This document shows, piece after piece, positions 29,408 through 35,403 of a stretch of 35,403 nt of DNA. Below the pieces are notes generated by a model. That model made no database searches and had not been told where the DNA came from. It saw nothing but the letters and a program-made list of their open reading frames with translations. The number at the start of each line of letters is the position of its first letter. The stretch's first letter is position 1. Location: positions 1 through 35,403 of the forward strand of contig JANNQY010000215.1 of NCBI GenBank assembly GCA_031400995.1. The letters run 5' to 3'. This DNA is from Lysobacteraceae bacterium. Lineage in GTDB: Bacteria > Pseudomonadota > Gammaproteobacteria > Xanthomonadales > Xanthomonadaceae. The translations under genes were made by a program, and so were the position numbers.

Positions 29408-29498
29408 CGCCCTTGTGGGAGGGGCTTCAGTCCCGATGCTTCTGCTGAAATGCATCGGGACTGAAGTCCCTCCCACATGAGTCCCTCCCACAGGGGCG
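29408..29498. repeat. Inverted REP doublet (REPIN-like) with a partial tandem duplication, between convergent rimO and greB
   Basis: TGTGGGAGGGGCTTCAGTCCCGA (29414-36), inverted TCGGGACTGAAGTCCCTCCCACA (29455-77) and an extra AGTCCCTCCCACA (29480-92). Flanks CGCCCT/GGGGCG extend the hairpin. Confidence 0.9.
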
Positions 29499-29500
29499 GT

Positions 29501-30007
29501 TTACGCGTCGGCGTATTCGATGGCGAGGAGGCGATAGCGCGCTGGCCCGGCGGGCAGCGCAACCTCGAATTCGTCGTCCACGCGTTTGCGCAGTGCCGCC
29601 CGCGCCAGCGGTGAATCCACGCTGATGTCGCCGGCTTTGGCGTCGGTTTCATCGGGGCCGACGATGCGGTATCGCGCGCTTTCGCTGCCATCGTCGGTCT
29701 CCAGCTCCAGGCGCGCGCCGAAGTAGACGGCGCCCGGGTCGGCGGGTGCGCCTTCCACCACTTTCAGCGCCTCCAGGCGCTTGCTCAGGTAGCGCACGCG
29801 GCGATCAATCTCGCCCAGCTGCTTCTTTCGGTAGCTGTACTCGGCGTTCTCGCTGCGGTCGCCCTCGGCTGCGGCGGCGGCCAGGGCCTTCACCACTTCG
29901 GGCCGGCGCAGCCGCCACAGCTCATCCAACTCTGCCCGCAGGCGCTCGAAGCCGGCGCGGGTGATCAAGGCGGTGGAAGCTTCGGAAGGCGGTCGCCAGC
30001 GTGTCAT
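29501..30007 (-). CDS. greB: Transcription elongation factor GreB
   Basis: [43 protein letters not shown] and IVGPDE...[10 protein letters not shown] motifs. Start at ATG 30007. Confidence 0.93.
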   Translation of the reverse strand: MTRWRPPSEASTALITRAGFERLRAELDELWRLRRPEVVKALAAAAAEGDRSENAEYSYRKKQLGEIDRRVRYLSKRLEALKVVEGAPADPGAVYFGARLELETDDGSESARYRIVGPDETDAKAGDISVDSPLARAALRKRVDDEFEVALPAGPARYRLLAIEYADA

Positions 30008-30106
30008 GGGCCTGCAGCAGGGTTTGGATGCCGCTGATTCTAGCGGCGCTGGCCGCGGCGGGCGCTGTGTGCCGATAATCAGCGCGTCGAAGGCAAGGAG
30101 CGGGAC

Positions 30107-30658
30107 ATGGGCATGGTGCTGCTGGCGGTGCTGTTGGGCGTGCTGGGCTGGGCCGCGTTCGCCTTCAACCGGCTGGTGCGGCTGCGCAACCAGGTGCGCG
30201 CGGGCTGGAGCGACATTGACGTGCAGCTGATGCGCCGCCACGACCTGGTGCCTCGTCTGGTTGAGGCCGTGCGCGCCTATGCCAGCCACGAGACCGCCAC
30301 CTTCGAACGGGTGACGGCGCTGCGCGCGCAGGCGCTGCAAACCAAGTCGCCCGCTGAGCTGGCCGGTATCGAAGATTCGCTGGAGCAGGCGGTGGGGCGG
30401 CTGGTGGTGTTGAACGAGGCCTACCCCGAGCTCAAGGCCAACCAGAACTTCCTGCAGCTGCAGAAAGACCTGGTGGACGTGGAGGATCACCTGCAGTACG
30501 CGCGCCGCTTCTACAACGGCGCGGTGCGTGGGCTCAACGACGGCGTGGCGCTGGTGCCGGACGTGATAGTGGCGCGCGCGTTCGGATTTTCCGAGGCCGA
30601 GTATTTCCAGGCTCCGGACGGCGCTGCGAGCGCGCCGAAGCTGGAGCTGTCGCGGTGA
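30107..30658 (+). CDS. lemA: LemA family protein
   Basis: N-terminal [34 protein letters not shown] and ARRFYN motifs. AAGGAG RBS. Confidence 0.93.
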   Translation: MGMVLLAVLLGVLGWAAFAFNRLVRLRNQVRAGWSDIDVQLMRRHDLVPRLVEAVRAYASHETATFERVTALRAQALQTKSPAELAGIEDSLEQAVGRLVVLNEAYPELKANQNFLQLQKDLVDVEDHLQYARRFYNGAVRGLNDGVALVPDVIVARAFGFSEAEYFQAPDGAASAPKLELSR

Positions 30659-32385
30659 TGCGCCTGGCGCTGGCCGCGGTGTTGGCCGCAGGCGTTGCGC
30701 TGCTTGCGCCGCCGGCCGTGGCGCAGGAGCGCATCCTTTCCTACGACAGCGAAGTGCGGGTGCAGGCCGACGGCAGCTTGGAAGTAACCGAGCGCATCCG
30801 CGTGGTGGTGGAGGGCCAGCGCATCCGGCGCGGCCTGTATCGCGATTTCCCCACCAGTTACACGGATCGCAGCGGCAACCGCTACGTCGTGGGCTTCGAG
30901 CTGCTGGGCGTGGAGCGCAATGGCAACCCCGAGCCATTTTTCACCGAGAACATGGCCAATGGCGTCCGCATCAACACCGGCAACGACGACTTCCTGCCGG
31001 CGCCGGCCGAGCACACCTTCACCCTGCGCTACCGCACCACGCGCCAGCTGGGATTCTTTGAAGCGCACGACGAGCTTTACTGGAATGTCACCGGCCTGGG
31101 CTGGGAGTTCGATATCGGTGCGGTCACGGCGCGGGTCTTGCTGCCGGCGCCCGTGGAGAAGGCGAAGCTGCGGCTGGATGCCTACACCGGCCCGCAGGGC
31201 GCACAGGGCACCGATTTCCAGGTCAACGTGCCGGTACCGGGCGAGGTGGTGTTCAACACCACGCGCGCACTGGGCCCGAACGAGGGCCTGACCCTGGTGG
31301 TGGGCTTCCCCAAAGGGCTGGTGGCCGAGCCCACGCGCAGCCAGCGCATCGGCTGGTTCTTCAGCGACAATCGCGGCGTGCTGTTCGCACTGGTGGGATT
31401 ACTGGCGCTGGTGGGTTTCTACAGCTGGCGCTGGCACCGGGTAGGCCGTGATCCGGACGCGGGCCCGCTGTTCCCGCGCTACGAGGCGCCCGCCGACCTG
31501 TGCGCGGCCGAAGTGCGCACGCTGCGCCGGATGGGCCACGACAACCGCTGCTTCGCCGCCGACGTGGTGCAGATGGGCGTGCGCGGTTATGTGGACATCC
31601 ACGCCGAGGGCGAGGAGTGGCGGCTGGTGCAGCGCCCGGGCAGCAGCCTGGAAGCGCTCTCGCCGAGCCAGCGCGCCATTGCCGAGCGGCTGTTCAGCGA
31701 CACCAGCGAGGTGGTTCTTAAAAACACGGAGGCGTCGCGCGTGGGCGGCGCCCGCACGGCCCAGGCACTGGCGCTGGAGAAGCGGCTGGTGCCGAAGTAC
31801 TACGCCCGCAACCTTGGCAGTTTGGGCTTGGGCGTGCTGTTCTCGGTGGCCAGCGTGTTCTTTGCGTTTTCCTGGAGCGCGGGCAGCGGGGCGCCGGCCA
31901 TCGTCGCCATCGCGGTATTGATGCTGGTGGCACATCTGCTGTTCGGCTACCTGCTCAAGGCGCCCACGGTCGAGGGCCGCCGGCGCATGGATGAAGTGGA
32001 AGGCCTGCGGATGTATCTATCGGTGGCCGAACGCGATGAGATCAAAGGACTGGCCGTTCCCAAGGCCGGCCCCGAGCCGGCGCTGGACGCTGCGCGTTAC
32101 GAAGCCTTGCTGCCGTACGCGCTGGCGTTGGACGTGGAGTCCGCCTGGAGCCAGCGCTTCACCCGCGCGGTAGGCGTGCAGGAGGCGCAGGCCGCCACGC
32201 CCGCGTGGTACCACGGCGCGGCAGGTGCGCAAGCCATGGGTTTGGCCAGCATGGGTTCGTCCCTGGGCAGCGCGCTTACCCAGCACATCTCTTCGTCGGC
32301 CACGCCGCCCGGGGGTTCTTCGGGCGGCGGTGGCGGAGGGTCTTCGGGCGGCGGTGGTGGTGGCGGCGGGGGTGGCGGGCGCTAG
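30655..32385 (+). CDS. DUF2207 domain membrane protein
   Basis: Signal peptide, ERILSYD...[21 protein letters not shown] segments, [11 protein letters not shown] and a Gly-rich GGGGGG C-tail. Coupled to lemA (alternative start ATG 30658). Confidence 0.88.
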   Translation: MMRLALAAVLAAGVALLAPPAVAQERILSYDSEVRVQADGSLEVTERIRVVVEGQRIRRGLYRDFPTSYTDRSGNRYVVGFELLGVERNGNPEPFFTENMANGVRINTGNDDFLPAPAEHTFTLRYRTTRQLGFFEAHDELYWNVTGLGWEFDIGAVTARVLLPAPVEKAKLRLDAYTGPQGAQGTDFQVNVPVPGEVVFNTTRALGPNEGLTLVVGFPKGLVAEPTRSQRIGWFFSDNRGVLFALVGLLALVGFYSWRWHRVGRDPDAGPLFPRYEAPADLCAAEVRTLRRMGHDNRCFAADVVQMGVRGYVDIHAEGEEWRLVQRPGSSLEALSPSQRAIAERLFSDTSEVVLKNTEASRVGGARTAQALALEKRLVPKYYARNLGSLGLGVLFSVASVFFAFSWSAGSGAPAIVAIAVLMLVAHLLFGYLLKAPTVEGRRRMDEVEGLRMYLSVAERDEIKGLAVPKAGPEPALDAARYEALLPYALALDVESAWSQRFTRAVGVQEAQAATPAWYHGAAGAQAMGLASMGSSLGSALTQHISSSATPPGGSSGGGGGGSSGGGGGGGGGGGR

Positions 32386-32393
32386 TCGTTCGC

Positions 32394-33902
32394 CTAGCGC
32401 TTCTTCCCACCCAGCAAACTCCCCAGGATCCCGCGCAGCAGCTGCCGCCCCAGGCCATTGGCCACGGTGCGGGTGGCCGATTTGGCTGCGGCTTCCACCG
32501 CACCCTGGCGGCGTTTGTTGCCCCACAGGAAATCGTCCATTTTCGAAGGCGCGGGCGCTGGTTCGGCTTTTGCGGGGGCGTCGCGCGGGGCGGGCAGGGG
32601 CTTGGCGGGTGGGGCATCGGCGGCGGTGGCTTCCGCACGCTGGTTCAGCAGCTCATAGGCCGATTCGCGGTTCACCGCGGTGTCGTACTTCACGCCGACC
32701 GGGCTGCGGCTGCGGGCGGCGCTGCGCTCCTCGGGGGTGATCGCGCCCATGCGGCAGCGCGGCGGGCAGATCAGCGCGCGCTCCACCGGCGCCGGGATGC
32801 CTTTGTCCAGCAGCATGGACACCAGGGCCTCGCCGACTGCCAGTTCGCCGATCACCTTGGCCACGTCCAGCTTGGGGTTTTGCACGAAGGTTTCGGCGGC
32901 GGTGCGCACCGCTTTCTGGTCGCGTGGGGTGAAGGCGCGCAGCGCATGCTGCACGCGGTTGCCCAGCTGGCCCAGCACTTCGTCGGGGATGTCGTCGGGG
33001 TTCTGCGAGCAGAAGTACACGCCCACGCCCTTGGAGCGGATCAGCCGCACCACTTGTTCCACCCGCTGCTTCAGCGCCGGCGGGCAGTCGTCGAACAGCA
33101 GGTGCGCCTCGTCGAAGAAGAACACCAGCTTGGGCACGTCCAGGTCGCCCACTTCCGGCAGCGTTTCGAACAGCTCCGAAAGCAGCCACAGCAGGAAGCT
33201 CGAATACAGGCGCGGGCGCAGCACCAGCTGCTCGGCGCACAGCAGGTTGATGATGCCGCGGCCGCTGGCATCCTTCTGCATCAAGTCGGACAGCTGCAGC
33301 GCCGGCTCGCCGAAAAACAGCTCGCCGCCGTCCTGCTCCAGCCGCAGCAGCGCGCGCTGGATCGCGGCCACCGACTGCGGGCTCACCAAGCCATATTCCT
33401 TGGAAATGGCGGTCTTGTTATCGGCCACGTGGCCCAGCAGCGCGCGCAGGTCGTCCAGGTCCAGCAGCAGCAGGCCGCGGTCGTCAGCCAGCTTGAAGGC
33501 GATGTCCATCACGCCGGCTTGGGTGTCGTTGAGCTCGAGCATGCGCGACATCAGCGGCGGGCCGACTTCCGACACCGTCGTGCGCACCGGGTGGCCCAGC
33601 TTGCCGTAAAGGTCCCAGAACACCACCGGGCTGGCTTCGTTGACATGGCCCTCCACGCCGATTTGCTGCACCCGCGCGGCCAGCTTCTCGCTGGGCGTCC
33701 CGGGCACGGCAAGACCGGCGATGTCGCCCTTCACGTCGGCCATGAACACCGGCACGCCCAGACGCGAAAAGCCTTCGGCCATCACCATCAGGGTCACCGA
33801 CTTTCCGGTGCCGGTGGCGCCGGCCACCAGGCCGTGGCGGTTTCCGTACTTGCCGAGTAGGCGCACGGGCACGTCGCCCTTGCCGATCAGGATGTCGCTC
33901 AT
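32394..33902 (-). CDS. DUF853 / YjgR HerA-like ATPase
   Basis: NRHGLVAGATGTGKS, DVKGD, LVFFFDEAHLLF, RLIRSKGVGVYF and QLGNRVQHALRAFTP motifs. Start at ATG 33902 with GGAG upstream. Confidence 0.92.
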   Translation of the reverse strand: MSDILIGKGDVPVRLLGKYGNRHGLVAGATGTGKSVTLMVMAEGFSRLGVPVFMADVKGDIAGLAVPGTPSEKLAARVQQIGVEGHVNEASPVVFWDLYGKLGHPVRTTVSEVGPPLMSRMLELNDTQAGVMDIAFKLADDRGLLLLDLDDLRALLGHVADNKTAISKEYGLVSPQSVAAIQRALLRLEQDGGELFFGEPALQLSDLMQKDASGRGIINLLCAEQLVLRPRLYSSFLLWLLSELFETLPEVGDLDVPKLVFFFDEAHLLFDDCPPALKQRVEQVVRLIRSKGVGVYFCSQNPDDIPDEVLGQLGNRVQHALRAFTPRDQKAVRTAAETFVQNPKLDVAKVIGELAVGEALVSMLLDKGIPAPVERALICPPRCRMGAITPEERSAARSRSPVGVKYDTAVNRESAYELLNQRAEATAADAPPAKPLPAPRDAPAKAEPAPAPSKMDDFLWGNKRRQGAVEAAAKSATRTVANGLGRQLLRGILGSLLGGKKR

Positions 33903-34031
33903 CAAGGACCACTCCGCGGGCGGGATGCCGATGGCTGATTCTAGCGAGGTCGGCACCCGCCGCGCAGCCTCGCGGCTTGCTCCCGCGCGGCACGGCCGTT
34001 AGGCTGCGCGCCTGCTGCCCGGATGTCCTGT

Positions 34032-35403
34032 ATGACCCTTTTCCTACGCCTCGGCCTGCTGCTGGCCTTCTTCCTGCTGCCCGCAAGCCACGCCTGGGCC
34101 GCCAGCGTGCCGGCCAACGTACAGAAACTCTACGACCAGTTGGACGACGCCAGCGCCGACTACCGCGCCGGGCGCGCGCAGGTACAGCGCGGCGAAACCA
34201 AGCTGGGCCGCGAGGCCATGCGCGAGGCGTCGGCGCAGATGCTGGAAGGTGCACGGCGCTGCCAGGACACCCGCCGCTGCGATCCCGCGCGCTTCCTGGC
34301 CGCGTATGACGCACTGCTGGTGCTGGGCGCGTCGGAACCCAAGGAGGGCGCCGCCTCAGCCATGCCTGAAGCCGCGCGCACCGCGGCCATTCTCAAGGGC
34401 CAGGACCTGCGCCAACTCATCGAGATGAACGAGCCGGTGAAAGCCGCCCTGGCCGAATGGCTCACCTGGATGCGCCCCAGCCTGATCATCAGTTGGGAGA
34501 ACTACCAGCAGATGCGGTTCCTGATGTGGCCCGAATACGAGCGCGCCGGCCTGCCCGAGGCGCTGCTGTTCGGCATACTGGCCAAGGAGTCCAACGGTCG
34601 CGTGCATGCGGTGTCCAGCGCCGGCGCCGCCGGGCCGATGCAGTTCATGCCGGCCACGGGCGCGCGTTTTGGCCTGGGCTGGCGCGACGGCTTCGACACC
34701 CGTTACGACCCGCAGCTGGCCGCGCGCGCCAGCGTGCTGTATTTCAACGAACGCTTTGCCGAGCTCAACAACGATCTTGAGTTCGCGGTGGCCGCCTACA
34801 ACGGCGGCGAAGGCCGCGCGCTGCGCCTGAAGAATGCTTCCGGCGGCCGCGATTTCTGGGACCCGGGCGTGTACGGCCAGTTCCCGCCGGAAACACGCGA
34901 CTACGTGCCGGATGTGCTGGCAGCGGCGTGGCTGTTTCTTCACCCGGAGGAGCACGGGCTGGAGTTCCCAAAGGTGAACGGCGCGGCGACCGTGATCAAG
35001 CTCAAGGCGCCGGCGTCGCTGTACCAGCTGGCCATCTGCCTGGGCGGCCCGCGCGATGGCCATTTCCGCGCCTTGCGCAACCTCAACGCTCGCTTCGAGG
35101 CCGAACAAATGCTCCCGGCCGGCACCGAACTTCGGGTGCCGGTGGCGGTGCCGCTGCTCTACGACGCCAACTGCGTCACCGGTGAGCGCGCCGAGCTGGC
35201 CGTGCGCCTGATGGCTGCGCACAAGCCCACGGTGGTTGCCGCATCGGCGCCGCGTGCGGCGTCGGGCCGCACCTACCGGGTGAAGGCCGGAGACACGCTC
35301 AGCAGCATCTCGCGCCGCCACGGCTGCGACGGTCCCGACCAGCTGGCGCGCGCCAACCGCCTTCGCACGCCCTATGTCATCCGCACCGGCCAGCGCCTTC
35401 AGC
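34032..35403 (+). CDS. Lytic transglycosylase (SLT domain) with C-terminal LysM; 3' end runs off the window
   Basis: Not in the ORF track because there is no stop. Manual translation from ATG 34032 gives signal peptide MTLFLRLGLLLAFFLLPASHAWA, GILAKES (catalytic Glu), AGAAGPMQFMPATG, AAYNGGEG and LysM TYRVKAGDTLSSISRRHG. Confidence 0.88.
   Translation, partial: MTLFLRLGLLLAFFLLPASHAWAASVPANVQKLYDQLDDASADYRAGRAQVQRGETKLGREAMREASAQMLEGARRCQDTRRCDPARFLAAYDALLVLGASEPKEGAASAMPEAARTAAILKGQDLRQLIEMNEPVKAALAEWLTWMRPSLIISWENYQQMRFLMWPEYERAGLPEALLFGILAKESNGRVHAVSSAGAAGPMQFMPATGARFGLGWRDGFDTRYDPQLAARASVLYFNERFAELNNDLEFAVAAYNGGEGRALRLKNASGGRDFWDPGVYGQFPPETRDYVPDVLAAAWLFLHPEEHGLEFPKVNGAATVIKLKAPASLYQLAICLGGPRDGHFRALRNLNARFEAEQMLPAGTELRVPVAVPLLYDANCVTGERAELAVRLMAAHKPTVVAASAPRAASGRTYRVKAGDTLSSISRRHGCDGPDQLARANRLRTPYVIRTGQRLQ

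Noticed and set aside
32310-32385. GGC/GGT-rich low-complexity tract
   Set aside because: Encodes the Gly-rich C-terminal tail normal for DUF2207 proteins.

Overview
High-GC chromosomal core region of a Xanthomonadales/Lysobacteraceae-like gammaproteobacterium. The taxon is inferred from gene order and protein motifs, not from a search. Gene order: thiD (partial) <- YoaK/DUF1275 <- PIN-PhoH <- bcp <- gcvR | dapA -> BamC-like lipoprotein | fdxA <- tRNA-Glu(CUC) | pcnB-folK-panB-panC-pgi | queG <- | nnr-tsaE-amiC-mutL-DUF1684-TraB/GumN | rnfB <- rnfA <- metG <- TonB-dependent receptor | apbC-dcd | HIT <- dienelactone hydrolase | rimO (frameshifted) | greB <- | lemA-DUF2207 | DUF853 <- | SLT/LysM protein (partial). 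I found no prophage, IS transposase, CRISPR array or defence island. The most notable signals are: (1) three copies of a 23-nt GTGG-type REP palindrome translated in frame inside the metG interdomain linker, with the same REP family forming a long hairpin between rimO and greB; (2) an rnfA-rnfB pair with no other Rnf genes nearby; (3) a 1-nt frameshift in rimO; (4) a non-AUG start for pcnB; (5) probable leaderless promoters, including a 23-bp bidirectional one between queG and nnr; (6) panD missing from the pan cluster; (7) a Pro->His change in the MetRS methionine-pocket motif. A wholly new multi-gene system cannot be demonstrated from sequence alone. The coding REPs and the mini-Rnf pair are the best candidates.
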